Shown: positions 1 through 10,088, counted from the stretch's first letter. The stretch: 64,000 bases of DNA from an uncultured Gammaproteobacteria bacterium (GCA_964422585.1 CAYRBH010000001.1:11728-75727); one strand, 5' to 3'. The notes: generated by a model not told the origin, from the letters alone. Program-made: numbers and translations.

Positions 1-29
1 ATAATACACTATAGTATATTTTTTGTCAA
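1..29 (-). promoter_or_regulatory. sigma70-type promoter pointing out of the left edge of the window
   Basis: Minus strand reads TTGACA-17 nt-TATTAT; the target gene is outside the window. Confidence 0.6.
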
Positions 30-113
30 GAGATATTAAAAGGCTAATGTTAGGCAATTAAAGCATATGAAGCAATGGGCGCCCCTTTTCTAACGAACTT
101 TAGCCGCATATTC

Positions 114-141
114 TTGACATACAAAAGAAAAACTGTATAAT
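114..141 (+). promoter_or_regulatory. sigma70 promoter of the infA/alpha operon
   Basis: TTGACA (114-119), 16-nt spacer, TATAAT (136-141), 60 nt upstream of infA. Confidence 0.8.
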
Positions 142-201
142 TATCTGCAGTTTATTTTCAGGCTCAGAAGCTTGATTAGACTTTTTGTTTAACTAAGGCT
201 A

Positions 202-435
202 ATGCCACAGGATAGCCAAGATACTTCCAAAGGATTCATAGAAATGGAGGGTGTGGTCGACGAGTTACTTCCGAGCGCCACATTCAAAGTTACCTTGGAT
301 AATGGCCATGAGATTTTGTGTCATTTGTCAGGAAAAATGCGGATGAACAAGATCCGTCTTATCCCAGGGGACAGAGTGCGGGTTGAAATAAGCCCCTATG
401 ATCTCACTAAAGGACGCATCACCTATCGTAAATAA
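202..435 (+). CDS. infA: Translation initiation factor IF-1
   Basis: EGVVDELLP...[19 protein letters not shown]...[12 protein letters not shown] signature. Confidence 0.98.
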   Translation: MPQDSQDTSKGFIEMEGVVDELLPSATFKVTLDNGHEILCHLSGKMRMNKIRLIPGDRVRVEISPYDLTKGRITYRK

Positions 436-441
436 TGCCAC

Positions 442-555
442 ATGAAGGTTCGCGCATCAGTCAAAGAAATTTGTTCAAAATGCCAGAAGATCCGTCGAAA
501 GGGTCGATTGGTTGTTATTTGTGAGAACCCGAAGCATAAGCAGCGACAAGGATAA
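442..555 (+). CDS. rpmJ: 50S ribosomal protein L36 (Zn-binding form), below the ORF-track size cutoff
   Basis: Manual translation [37 protein letters not shown]; lies between infA and rpsM. Confidence 0.98.
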   Translation: MKVRASVKEICSKCQKIRRKGRLVVICENPKHKQRQG

Positions 556-558
556 TCT

Positions 559-957
559 ATGGCAACCACAGCAAGAATAGCCGGAGTCACTATTCCAGTC
601 GAGAAGCGCGTCGAGGTAGCGCTTACCTATATCTATGGTATTGGTCTGACCACTTCTCAGAAGATCCTCGCGCAACTGAAGATCAATCCTGATACCCGAG
701 TGAAGAATCTGTCAGAAACAGAAGTGAACAATTTGCGCCGCATCATCGAAGATACCCATACAGTCGAGGGTGATCTGCGACGTGAAGTGTTGACGAATAT
801 CAAGCGCTTGAAGGAGATCGGCAGCTATCGAGGGAGTCGCCACGCTAAGCATTTGCCGGTTCGTGGCCAGCGCACCAAAACCAATACCCGAACTGTTCGG
901 GGTAATGTGCGTAAGACCATGGGTTCTGGCCGTAAGGCAGCAGCTCAGAAGACATAA
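559..957 (+). CDS. rpsM: 30S ribosomal protein S13
   Basis: ARIAGV...ALTYIYGIG...[11 protein letters not shown]. Confidence 0.98.
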   Translation: MATTARIAGVTIPVEKRVEVALTYIYGIGLTTSQKILAQLKINPDTRVKNLSETEVNNLRRIIEDTHTVEGDLRREVLTNIKRLKEIGSYRGSRHAKHLPVRGQRTKTNTRTVRGNVRKTMGSGRKAAAQKT

Positions 958-969
958 TTAGCTCAACGT

Positions 970-1392
970 ATGGAAGAAACAAAGCCAGTAGCAGCTACAG
1001 AAAGCGCCGGGCCGAAAGTAAAGGCTCGGAAGAAGAAAAAGCAGATCGTGCCACGCGGTCGAGCGTATGTGCAGGCTACGTATAATAATACGATAGTTAC
1101 CATCACCGATCCGCAGGGTAATGTCTTGGCCTGGTCTTCTGCCGGTAAGAATGGATTCAAAGGGCCTAAGAAATCAACGCCCTATGCGGCAGGCATCATT
1201 TCACGCGCAGCCGTAGAGAAGGCTCGGGAATACAATCTCCGCGAAGTCGACGTCTTCGTCAAAGGCGTTGGTCAAGGACGTGAATCAGCAGTGCGCGCGT
1301 TGCATGGTGCAGGGCTAGAGGTACTCTCTATCAAGGACACAACCCCGATCCCGCATAATGGCGTTCGTGCTAAGAAAGCTCGAAGGGTATAA
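970..1392 (+). CDS. rpsK: 30S ribosomal protein S11
   Basis: [12 protein letters not shown]...KKSTPYAA...DTTPIPHNG. Confidence 0.98.
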   Translation: MEETKPVAATESAGPKVKARKKKKQIVPRGRAYVQATYNNTIVTITDPQGNVLAWSSAGKNGFKGPKKSTPYAAGIISRAAVEKAREYNLREVDVFVKGVGQGRESAVRALHGAGLEVLSIKDTTPIPHNGVRAKKARRV

Positions 1393-1398
1393 ACCACT

Positions 1399-2013
1399 AT
1401 GGCTCGTAAAATAGGACCAAAGCATAAACTCTGTCGTCGCGAAGGCATCAAGCTGTGCGATAGTTTCAAGTGTCCAGTCACCAAACGTAACTATCCGCCA
1501 GGACAGCATGGGCAGAAGAAAACACGCGGCAAGCTGTCTGATTATGGCAAGCAGCTTCGTGAGAAGCAGAAGGCTAAGTTTATCTATGGCTTGCTGGAGC
1601 GTCAGTTCAGAAATACTTTTGAAAAAGCCAAGGCATTACCAGGCAGCGCTGGAGTGAATCTCATGACCCTGCTTGAGAAGCGTCTGGACAATGTGGTATT
1701 CCGTGCCGGTCTTGCGACAACGAAGCAATTGGCTCGCCAGCTCGTCAATCACGGGCATTTCGAAGTGAATGGCAAGCCGCTGGACATCCCGTCCTATACC
1801 GTGAAAGTTGGTCAGGTCATCAAGGTGCGGGCAACCAAGACTAAGGCCCCGTATTGGAAGAATGTGATGGAGACTATGAAGAAAGCTGATGTGCCAGGTT
1901 GGCTGTCTGTCAATCCGAAAGATCTCTCGATCACGATTACCGCTGAACCAAAACCAGAGGAGCTACCGCAAAATATCGAGACCTACCTGATCGTTGAGTT
2001 CTATTCACGTTAA
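1399..2013 (+). CDS. rpsD: 30S ribosomal protein S4
   Basis: PGQHG...QLREKQK...LEKRLDNVVFR...ARQLVNHGH...IVEFYSR. Confidence 0.98.
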   Translation: MARKIGPKHKLCRREGIKLCDSFKCPVTKRNYPPGQHGQKKTRGKLSDYGKQLREKQKAKFIYGLLERQFRNTFEKAKALPGSAGVNLMTLLEKRLDNVVFRAGLATTKQLARQLVNHGHFEVNGKPLDIPSYTVKVGQVIKVRATKTKAPYWKNVMETMKKADVPGWLSVNPKDLSITITAEPKPEELPQNIETYLIVEFYSR

Positions 2014-2044
2014 CATATTTTTTAAAAACTAACAGAGCGAAACT

Positions 2045-2815
2045 ATGTCGAGCGCAATCCCAACACCAACAACGGTGAAGTATACCGCAGGCAAGAACAA
2101 TCAGACCGATGTCGTGATCGAGCCTTGCTATCCTGGTTATGGCACGACGGTCGGTAATGCACTTCGACGCGTTTTGTTGTCTTCTTTACCCGGCGCCGCA
2201 GTGTGTGCTATCAAGGTGAATGGCGTGCAGCATGAGTATGATACTCTCGAGCATGTGAAGGAAGACATCGTGCAGGTCATGATGAATTTGAAGAAGCTGC
2301 GGGTCATCTGCCACAGCGATGAACCAGTCACTCTGGAACTGCATGCGAAGGGAGAAAAGGAAGTAACAGCTGCTGATATCAAGAAGAACGCTGATGTCGA
2401 AGTCGTGAACACTGATCTGGTCATTGCTACGCTCACCGATAAGAAAGCCGAGCTTTCAATGGAGATCATGGTGAAGAAAGGTATCGGCTATGAGCCGGTC
2501 GAGGAGCGCGTTGTAGACAAGAAAGACATCGGCTTGATGCAGATCGATTCTATTTTCAGTCCCATCGCTAATGTCGGTTTTAGTATCGAGCATACCCGCG
2601 TCGGCCAGCGTACTGATTATGAAAAAGTAGTGCTTTCCGTCACGACCGATGGCACGATGAGCGCTGAGGATGCGGTACAGAAATGCGTCGCTATTTTGCA
2701 GGAGCAGTTCGCAGCTATTGCTGGCGCTGAGCCAGTGAAAGAATCCAAGAAGAAAGCAAAGGCAGAAAAAGCCGAGAAAGCAGAGAAGACTGCAGAAGCG
2801 GAAGCTAGTGAGTAA
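2045..2815 (+). CDS. rpoA: RNA polymerase alpha subunit, N-terminal domain only (no alpha-CTD)
   Basis: EPCYPGYGTTVGNALRRVLLSSLPG...TRVGQRTDYEK; 256 aa ending in a K/A/E-rich tail. Confidence 0.97.
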   Translation: MSSAIPTPTTVKYTAGKNNQTDVVIEPCYPGYGTTVGNALRRVLLSSLPGAAVCAIKVNGVQHEYDTLEHVKEDIVQVMMNLKKLRVICHSDEPVTLELHAKGEKEVTAADIKKNADVEVVNTDLVIATLTDKKAELSMEIMVKKGIGYEPVEERVVDKKDIGLMQIDSIFSPIANVGFSIEHTRVGQRTDYEKVVLSVTTDGTMSAEDAVQKCVAILQEQFAAIAGAEPVKESKKKAKAEKAEKAEKTAEAEASE

Positions 2816-2820
2816 TACCT

Positions 2821-3171
2821 ATGCGTCACCAGAAGAAAGTATTTAAATTTGGCAGAAAGACAGGACCTCGCAAGGCCATGCTTTCGAATTTGGCGACGAG
2901 TGTCATTTTGTATGAAAAGGTAACCACGACTGCTACCAAGGCTCGAGCAATCCGGCCAGTGGTCGAGCGCCTGGTGACGAAAGGAAAAGTAAAGTCATTG
3001 CATGCGAAACAAGAGCTAGGGAAATATCTGCCAGAGAAGAAGGCGGTAAAGAAGATTTTGGAAGTATTAGGACCTCGCTATAAGGAGCGACCAGGCGGCT
3101 ACCTGCGCATCACGAAACTGGGTCAGCGACAGGGTGACGCGGCGCCGATGGTTCGCATTGAATTTGTATAA
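2821..3171 (+). CDS. rplQ: 50S ribosomal protein L17
   Basis: MRHQKK...RPGGYLRITKLGQRQGDAAPM. Confidence 0.98.
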   Translation: MRHQKKVFKFGRKTGPRKAMLSNLATSVILYEKVTTTATKARAIRPVVERLVTKGKVKSLHAKQELGKYLPEKKAVKKILEVLGPRYKERPGGYLRITKLGQRQGDAAPMVRIEFV

Positions 3172-3175
3172 AACT

Positions 3176-3547
3176 ATGGCTATCGTACGAGAAAAACATA
3201 GCATTGATGCTGCCGGTAAGATCGGTGGAAGACTCGCAAGTCAGATCGCGACCTGGCTGCAGGGCAAGCATAAGGTGAGTTTCCAACCGCATATCGATGC
3301 TGGTGATTTTGTTGCTGTCGAAAATGTGGCGCAGATGAAGTTTACTGGTAAGAAATTGACTACTAAGAAGTATCATCGTTTCACTGGCTATCCGGGCGGT
3401 ATTATGACGAAGAGTCTGGGCGAGCGGATGATACAGCATCCAGAAGAGCTCCTTCGTAAGATGGTCTATGCTATGCTCCCGAAGAATAAGCTTCGTCCTG
3501 TCATGATCAAACGTTTAACTTTTACCAAAGTAAAGAAGGCGAACTAA
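3176..3547 (+). CDS. rplM: 50S ribosomal protein L13
   Basis: IDAAGKIGGRLAS...PHIDAGDFV...TGYPGG...MLPKNKL; start moved to the ATG at 3176, after the rplQ stop. Confidence 0.97.
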   Translation: MAIVREKHSIDAAGKIGGRLASQIATWLQGKHKVSFQPHIDAGDFVAVENVAQMKFTGKKLTTKKYHRFTGYPGGIMTKSLGERMIQHPEELLRKMVYAMLPKNKLRPVMIKRLTFTKVKKAN

Positions 3548-3551
3548 TTGT

Positions 3552-3959
3552 ATGGTAACCAAGAAGAAAGACTATATCGCAACCGTTGGACGCCGTAAAT
3601 CGGCTATCGCTCGCGTACGCCTGCATACAAAGGCAGGCAGTGGTCTTGCTATGACCGTGAATGACCGCAAGTATACTGAGTATTTCAATTATCCGCAGTG
3701 GCAGGAAGTGGTCATGAGCCCTTTGAAGCTGACCGGTAATGAGCAGTATCCGGTGACCATCAAGGTTTTGGGTGGCGGCATTAACTCGCAGGCAGAGGCT
3801 ATCCGCTTGGGTATTGCTCGCGCTCTGATCATCATGAATGAAGAGTACCGCGCTACCTTGAAGAAAAATGGCATGTTGACCCGTGATCCTCGGGTCAAAG
3901 AGCGTAAGAAGCCTGGATTAAAGAAAGCGCGCAGAGCGCCGCAGTGGAGTAAGCGTTAA
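3552..3959 (+). CDS. rpsI: 30S ribosomal protein S9
   Basis: GRRKSAIARV...GGGINSQAEAIR...LTRDPRVKERKKPG...QWSKR. Confidence 0.98.
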   Translation: MVTKKKDYIATVGRRKSAIARVRLHTKAGSGLAMTVNDRKYTEYFNYPQWQEVVMSPLKLTGNEQYPVTIKVLGGGINSQAEAIRLGIARALIIMNEEYRATLKKNGMLTRDPRVKERKKPGLKKARRAPQWSKR

Positions 3960-3979
3960 TTTTACTTTTGACTAGTTTC

Positions 3980-4009
3980 AAGGACCCGTCATAGGGTCCT
4001 TTGTTTATT
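3980..4009 (+). terminator. Intrinsic terminator after rpsI
   Basis: AAGGACCC-gtcata-GGGTCCTT hairpin followed by a T-rich tail. Confidence 0.75.
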
Positions 4010-4028
4010 GTCTAAAGGCCCTATAACT

Positions 4029-4037
4029 TGGTATACT
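4029..4037 (+). promoter_or_regulatory. Extended -10 promoter, probably giving a leaderless flippase mRNA
   Basis: TGgTATACT ends 7 nt before the ATG at 4045. Confidence 0.6.
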
Positions 4038-4044
4038 TAGCACT

Positions 4045-5487
4045 ATGCCGAATGCCGTTACGGGTACAACCATAGCGAAAAATGCAACGTTCTATGCGGC
4101 AGCGCTGACCTTACAAAAAGCGCTTTCTTTTGTTTATTTCACCATACTTGCTCGGAGTCTCGGTGTTGATCTTACGGGTAAGTACTTTTTTGCATTATCA
4201 TTCGCGGGTATTGTCATGGGGATCGTCGATATTGGTCTGACGCCGGCATTAACGAGAGAGGTGGCCAAAGATACGTCTCGAGCGGCCTCATTCCTTTTTC
4301 ATACCTTGAGCATCAAAGTCTGTATCGCTATTATTATGGCGAGCGCCGGTATTGCCGTAAGTACGCTGTTCCATGATCCCGTGCAGCAAGGATTGCTCGT
4401 TATAGCTATGGTCATAGCTTTCCTTGATAGCATCGCGCTCTCTATATTCGCGACGATACGCGCGCATCAGAATTTACTCTATGAAAGTGTATCAGCCGTA
4501 TTGTTCCAGGCGATTGTCATAAGTACTGGTACGGTTGCTTTATTTTTCCATGCCGATGTACGCATCGTCATCTGCGCGCTACTCGTGGGCAGCACAGTCA
4601 ATCTGGGTTTTGGTGCCCTGATGCTCTATGGCAAATTGAAAGTACCTACCGTCGTGCAGTATGAAGCCAAGATGTTCCAGCGATTAGCGATACTCGCAGC
4701 ACCTTTTGCCATTGCGGCGATTTGTATCAAAGCAAATGCCTACACTGATACGGTCTTGGTCAAGCTGTTCCTGACGGATCACGCGGTTGGTCTGTATAGC
4801 GTCGCCTATAAAGTAACCTTTGCTTTTCAGTTCATACCAATGGCATTCGTGGCAGCCTTGTATCCTGCCTTCGCTTATTTCTGGCAGCATGACCGGGTTC
4901 GGCTTGCCGGAGCATTCACGGGAGCGTATAAGTATCTGCTTATGTTCTCAGTGCCTATTGTCGCAGGGATCGCGGCCTTGGCAGATAAGATCATACCGTT
5001 CGTGTATACGCCGGCCTATCTTGAGTCGGTTGCTCCGCTCATCATTCTGATGCTCTCCCTGCCGCTCCTCTTCATTAATTTTCCTATAGGCTCTTTGTTG
5101 AATGCGGTTGGGCGCCAGAATCGGCAAACTACGCACCTTGCGATAGGCGTTGTGGTGACTATTTTTTTCAACCTATCCCTTATCCCGATCCTAGGTATTA
5201 CCGGCGCTGCATTGGCTTCCACCCTGAGCACAGTCATGGTATTCATCCTGGGCATCTATGTAGCACATACCATCATCAGATTTGATATCAAAGCGCTACT
5301 CTTGCAGACACTGAACATTGCTTGCGCTGGACTATTGTGTTTTTTGATCGCGCGCGGCATGTCAGCAGTGATGCCGTGGTATATGTCCGTTGCTCCGGCA
5401 GCTATCGGCTATCTAGCCATACTGTGGTTCACGAAGCTCATAGACCGCTCAGTGTTTTCTCAATTGCGTAGTATGGTACGACGATGA
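4045..5487 (+). CDS. Wzx-like polysaccharide flippase (MOP superfamily)
   Basis: About 12-14 hydrophobic segments; IAKNA...ARSLG...GLYSVAYK...ALYPAF pattern; first gene of a GT cluster. Confidence 0.9.
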   Translation: MPNAVTGTTIAKNATFYAAALTLQKALSFVYFTILARSLGVDLTGKYFFALSFAGIVMGIVDIGLTPALTREVAKDTSRAASFLFHTLSIKVCIAIIMASAGIAVSTLFHDPVQQGLLVIAMVIAFLDSIALSIFATIRAHQNLLYESVSAVLFQAIVISTGTVALFFHADVRIVICALLVGSTVNLGFGALMLYGKLKVPTVVQYEAKMFQRLAILAAPFAIAAICIKANAYTDTVLVKLFLTDHAVGLYSVAYKVTFAFQFIPMAFVAALYPAFAYFWQHDRVRLAGAFTGAYKYLLMFSVPIVAGIAALADKIIPFVYTPAYLESVAPLIILMLSLPLLFINFPIGSLLNAVGRQNRQTTHLAIGVVVTIFFNLSLIPILGITGAALASTLSTVMVFILGIYVAHTIIRFDIKALLLQTLNIACAGLLCFLIARGMSAVMPWYMSVAPAAIGYLAILWFTKLIDRSVFSQLRSMVRR

Positions 5488-6578
5488 AAAAGACATTGTT
5501 ATTGACACATGAGTATTACCCTTATCACGGCGGTGTCGCTCGGTATTGCTATAATCTATTCGAGTATCTACCTTCCGCCCGTTACCTGGTTCTGAGCGAT
5601 CAGAAGCTCACCGATCGGCGGGTACCGATCATGACGCAGAAGCTGCTCTCCTCATTTATGCGCCCGAGTTGGCTCAAAGGCGTCTCGATCGTCAAGAAGA
5701 TAGTTCGCGAGCAGGGGATAGAGTGTATCATGACGCCAAATATCTTGCCGCTAGGCACTATAGCTCAAGCCGTTGGCAAGTCGCTGAAGATACCATATAT
5801 CGTTTCTCTGCACGGACTTGATATTAATCTGGGGCTGGCGAATAAGAAGGCGATGACCATCAGCATCCTGAAAGGAGCACAGCATGTCATCGTCAATAGC
5901 GTTACTACGAAGAAGACCCTTGATCCGTTGAAGCTGGCAACGCCGGTGACCGTCATTACGCCCTATCTTGATACCGAGAAGCTGGCAGTCGACCCTACGG
6001 TGACAACGGCTCTGGTGAAACGCTATGGCAAGAAAAAAATCATTTTGACCGTCGGGCGCCTGGTCAAGCGCAAGGGCCAGGATATGGTCATTAAGGCAAT
6101 GCCTGAGGTACTCCGGAAGGTTCCTGATGCGCAGTACTGTATCGTAGGCAATGGCCCGGATAAAGGATATCTGGAAGAATGTATCGCTGAAGCGCATGTC
6201 GAGCGAGCAGTTGATATCATAACCGATGTCCCTGATGGTAAACTAGGGGCATACTATAGCTGGGCTTCTCTTTTTGCTATGCCAACGCGGACCATTGGAG
6301 CTGATAGGGAAGGGTTCGGTATTGTGTATCTTGAGGCGGCTCATTTCAGTCTGCCGATCCTTGCTGGCCGTTCCGCTGCAGAAGCTGAGGCTGTCGGCGG
6401 CGATGACGGCGGTGTATTCGCTGATGGCGATAACCTTGAGGATATTACTGAGGCTCTGATTCATTTGCTCCAAGACAGGGAATTGGCCTTGTTCCTGGGT
6501 AAGAATACGCATGAGCATTTGAAGGCTATCCCGACCTGGAAGGATCAGGCAAAGCTCTTGGAAGGAATACTGTCATAA
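5484..6578 (+). CDS. Glycosyltransferase family 4
   Basis: ILTVGRLVKRKG and EGFGIVYLEAA (EX7E) motifs. Confidence 0.93.
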   Translation: MKKTLLLTHEYYPYHGGVARYCYNLFEYLPSARYLVLSDQKLTDRRVPIMTQKLLSSFMRPSWLKGVSIVKKIVREQGIECIMTPNILPLGTIAQAVGKSLKIPYIVSLHGLDINLGLANKKAMTISILKGAQHVIVNSVTTKKTLDPLKLATPVTVITPYLDTEKLAVDPTVTTALVKRYGKKKIILTVGRLVKRKGQDMVIKAMPEVLRKVPDAQYCIVGNGPDKGYLEECIAEAHVERAVDIITDVPDGKLGAYYSWASLFAMPTRTIGADREGFGIVYLEAAHFSLPILAGRSAAEAEAVGGDDGGVFADGDNLEDITEALIHLLQDRELALFLGKNTHEHLKAIPTWKDQAKLLEGILS

Positions 6579-6581
6579 GAT

Positions 6582-7748
6582 ATGAAAAAAATAGATATTA
6601 TCATGTTCAATATGTCGGGCTATGCCGAGTGGCAGCGCGGCGTGAGCAATAGGAATTACCATATTCTAAAGAACCTTTTACAATCCGAACAGGTGGGTAA
6701 GATCTTAGCTATTGATTATCCGCCGCTGACCATTAAACGGGCGCTCAGAAATCATAAGGAAAATGTGCTGCCACCCTTACAGGGCGGTACGGTACTATCT
6801 TGGTCAGTATATGATAAGTTAACGAAACTGACTGACCGGCTCTATGTGTATTCAAATAGCGAATTTTGCATTCGGCCGAAGCATTTCGTCGAGCGCGTGA
6901 AGGCTGTTGCTGCGAAATTAGACTTCCAGGAGTATATCGTCTGGTCGTATTTCCCGCCGGTCATGGAGTACCTGAGGCCGCTCACTCCGAAGCTCACGGT
7001 GTTTGACGCCGTCGATAATTGGACCGAACACGCTTCCTACGCTCATTTCAAAGAACGTTTGAAGCAGAACTATACACTCATCAAGAATACTGCCGATGTG
7101 ATATTCACGGTCGCGGACGATCTCCAGAAGCTTTTTGATAATCAGCCGAATGTATTTTGGATACCTAATGGCGTCGACCTTGCCCATTATCAGACGCCAC
7201 AGGTGTTACTAAATCGCGATATTGCCGATCTGCCTAAACCCATTATTGGTTATATCGGGGTGGTACAGGATCGAGTCGATATTGACCTTATTACGTTTTT
7301 GGCCTCGAAGAATCCGACCAAGTCATTCGCCATCGTTGGTCCGGTCTGGCATGACACAGATATGCAAGCATTGCAAGCTCTGCCGAATATACATTTGCTC
7401 GGCTATAAGTCATATGCAGAAGCCCCAATGTATATACAGCAATTCGATGTTGGTCTCATTCCGCATAAGGCATCAGCATTCGTCACCTCGACTAACCCTA
7501 TGAAGCTGTATGAGTATCTTGCCTGTGGCAAACCAGTGCTCGCGACCGCGAGCTCAGGTGTGGACGCTTTGAAGGAGTATGTCTATATCGCTGATACTCA
7601 GGAAGATGCGAATCGGAAGTTGTTCGTGGCGCTGCAGGAGGATACTGAGGAGTTGCATCGCGCTCGGGCCAAAGCAGTCGAGGACTATTCTTGGGTCACG
7701 AGCGCTCGGCAGATGCTCGATATTATCGATAAGAAAATGAGCGTCTAG
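6582..7748 (+). CDS. GT-B glycosyltransferase (TuaH-like)
   Basis: IPNGVD...PIIGYIG...FDVGLIP...NPMKLYEYLACGKPV. Confidence 0.88.
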   Translation: MKKIDIIMFNMSGYAEWQRGVSNRNYHILKNLLQSEQVGKILAIDYPPLTIKRALRNHKENVLPPLQGGTVLSWSVYDKLTKLTDRLYVYSNSEFCIRPKHFVERVKAVAAKLDFQEYIVWSYFPPVMEYLRPLTPKLTVFDAVDNWTEHASYAHFKERLKQNYTLIKNTADVIFTVADDLQKLFDNQPNVFWIPNGVDLAHYQTPQVLLNRDIADLPKPIIGYIGVVQDRVDIDLITFLASKNPTKSFAIVGPVWHDTDMQALQALPNIHLLGYKSYAEAPMYIQQFDVGLIPHKASAFVTSTNPMKLYEYLACGKPVLATASSGVDALKEYVYIADTQEDANRKLFVALQEDTEELHRARAKAVEDYSWVTSARQMLDIIDKKMSV

Positions 7749-7762
7749 CACTGAGATACTCT

Positions 7763-8626
7763 ATGGTCGACTGCTCCATCATCATCGTTAGTTGGAATGT
7801 GCGAGAGTATCTGCGCAAGTGTCTTGCTTCCCTGCCACGACATCCTGCGGGCTTCAGTGTTGAAGTGCTAGTCGTCGATAACGCGTCGACCGATGGGAGC
7901 CTGGAGATGATCCGTGAAGAATTCCCCTGGGTGACGATACTACCCTTGAAGTCGAATAGGGGATTTGCCCGAGCGAATAATGCTGCCTTATCGAAAGCGC
8001 AGGGCAAGTATGTGTTCATACTAAATCCAGATACTGAGCTTAAGGCTGGTGCATTGGAAACGCTTATTCGGTATATGGATACACACCCTGATCGCGCTTT
8101 GGTCGCGCCGAAGATTATCAACCCTGACGGCACCTTTCAACAAGGATCGATACGACGTGATCCGACCCTTGCTTCACAGCTGCTTATTTTATTGAAGTTG
8201 CAATACCTCTTCGCTCAGCAGCGGACGCTGCGGCGCTACTATGCGGCAGATTTCGATCCGGAGCGCGAACAAGAGGTGGAGCAGCCTATGGGCGCGGCAC
8301 TATTCATCCGGAGATCAGCGCTTGATCGGATCGGTCATTTCGATGAGGGGTTTTTCCTGTGGTTCGAGGAGGTTGACTTGTGCAAACGTTTACGCTCCGC
8401 GGACGAGCAACTCTGGTATCTCCCTGCCGCGGTAGTCGTGCATTATGGTGGTAGAAGTTTTGCCCAAGCCCTGCCCTTGGCTAAGCAGCGCCTCTACAAC
8501 AAAAGCGCCCTGCATTATTATGCCAAGCACTATGGGGCTATTGGTTTTTTCTCGATACTATTCACGATACCCTTGAACCTCGTGATGGTGGCCGTGTATC
8601 AACAAATACGAAAGTATGTTAAGTAA
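7763..8626 (+). CDS. Glycosyltransferase family 2 (rhamnosyltransferase-like)
   Basis: SIIIVSWN...VVDNASTDGS...NRGFARANN...LNPDT...FDEGFFLWFEEVDLC. Confidence 0.92.
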   Translation: MVDCSIIIVSWNVREYLRKCLASLPRHPAGFSVEVLVVDNASTDGSLEMIREEFPWVTILPLKSNRGFARANNAALSKAQGKYVFILNPDTELKAGALETLIRYMDTHPDRALVAPKIINPDGTFQQGSIRRDPTLASQLLILLKLQYLFAQQRTLRRYYAADFDPEREQEVEQPMGAALFIRRSALDRIGHFDEGFFLWFEEVDLCKRLRSADEQLWYLPAAVVVHYGGRSFAQALPLAKQRLYNKSALHYYAKHYGAIGFFSILFTIPLNLVMVAVYQQIRKYVK

Positions 8627-10088
8627 TGGATCACTCTCACGGAAATGGGTAGTGCTGATCGTCTTTGGTTTCTTTGTATTCGACGTCTTGTCCCTGGCAG
8701 CGTATACATTTCCGGTATTCAACTGGTGTCTGCTGCCCTTCGTGATATTTTTCATTCTGTACTGCATAGCACGTGATGAGCGGAATTTGCTGGTCCTGCC
8801 ACTAGCTGAACTCACCTGGGGTTCATTCGGTTCAGAGCTGCAGTGGCAGATGGGGAGCTTCCATCTTTCGCTGCGTATTTTGCTATTCATCTGTTGTGTC
8901 GGTTTCTGGGCATGGAAACGTTACCAGGGGCGTTTTGTTCCTTTGCATCCTTTCCAACGAGACGCCTTGCAGTATGTGCTGCTGGCTGCTCCTGCGGCAT
9001 GGGCGGTACTGCGTGGAATCGCGCTGCACCATCCGCTCGGGACTATCTTTTTCGACGGTAATGCCTATCTCTATCTCTTGTATATCCCGTTATGGCATTT
9101 GGTCTATGACCGCAAGGCGATCCCGTCATTGCGGGCCTTGTTCATGGGCGCAGCCTTGGCCTTGTCGATCAAGACCTTATTGCTCATGAATATCTTCACT
9201 AATCAATATCAAGCCCTGAATGTAGAGTATTTGTATATCTGGATACGCGATACGAGAGTAGGGGAGATAACAGCTACTGGGAGCGCCATTTGGCGTATCT
9301 TCATCCAATCCCAGCTGTTCATAGGGATCGCTATCATGCATGCCTGTGTTGAAATAGTCCATGAACGCAAGATGAGTTGGCTTCGGATGACATATGTGGC
9401 TTTGCTGTTTGCTGGTCTTATCTCAAGCATGTCTCGGAGCTTTTGGATAGGATTATTCGTCGCCTTAAGTTTGGTCATGGTGCTTGCGGTAGTACGCAAA
9501 AGTCTTTCATTCATGCAAGCGATACAGTTGTCACTGCGTTTGTTCATGAGTATTCTCATTTCGCTATTCCTGATAGTCTTGTTTATATTCATTCCTTATG
9601 GCGGCAAAGATATACAAGGAGCTTTAAGTGATCGTTTATCTGCCAATGATGCTGCCGGCACTTCTCGCGCCCAGCTCTTGGGCCCGCTGATGCAAGCTAT
9701 ACGCCAGTCGCCGTTCATTGGGCAAGGTTTCGGAGCAACCGTTACCTATCATTCGAATGACCCGCGGATCAAGAACCCTAGTAATCCCACGGGGATCGTT
9801 ACCACTGATGCATTTGAGTGGGGATATCTGGATCAATGGCTCAAATGGGGCCTGCTCGGGATGTTACTTTGGGCATTCGTTATCGCCCGGCAGTACTATC
9901 GGGGCATGAAGATATATAGAACAGACAGCCCGGACGCTCTATGGGCCGCGTCGCTCCTTGCCGGCCTCACCTTCATTTTGTTCGTACATGTCGTCAGCCC
10001 ATACTTGAATCACCCCTTAGGGATCGGGTATGTGCTCTTGACGATGCTGGTGCTTCAGCATAGTGTAGAACCGCAGCGCCATGCCTAA
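8616..10088 (+). CDS. O-antigen ligase/Wzy_C-like membrane protein
   Basis: Multi-TM; SMSRSFWIG, SR...PFIGQGFG and YLDQWLKWGLLG motifs. Confidence 0.8.
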   Translation: MLSNGSLSRKWVVLIVFGFFVFDVLSLAAYTFPVFNWCLLPFVIFFILYCIARDERNLLVLPLAELTWGSFGSELQWQMGSFHLSLRILLFICCVGFWAWKRYQGRFVPLHPFQRDALQYVLLAAPAAWAVLRGIALHHPLGTIFFDGNAYLYLLYIPLWHLVYDRKAIPSLRALFMGAALALSIKTLLLMNIFTNQYQALNVEYLYIWIRDTRVGEITATGSAIWRIFIQSQLFIGIAIMHACVEIVHERKMSWLRMTYVALLFAGLISSMSRSFWIGLFVALSLVMVLAVVRKSLSFMQAIQLSLRLFMSILISLFLIVLFIFIPYGGKDIQGALSDRLSANDAAGTSRAQLLGPLMQAIRQSPFIGQGFGATVTYHSNDPRIKNPSNPTGIVTTDAFEWGYLDQWLKWGLLGMLLWAFVIARQYYRGMKIYRTDSPDALWAASLLAGLTFILFVHVVSPYLNHPLGIGYVLLTMLVLQHSVEPQRHA

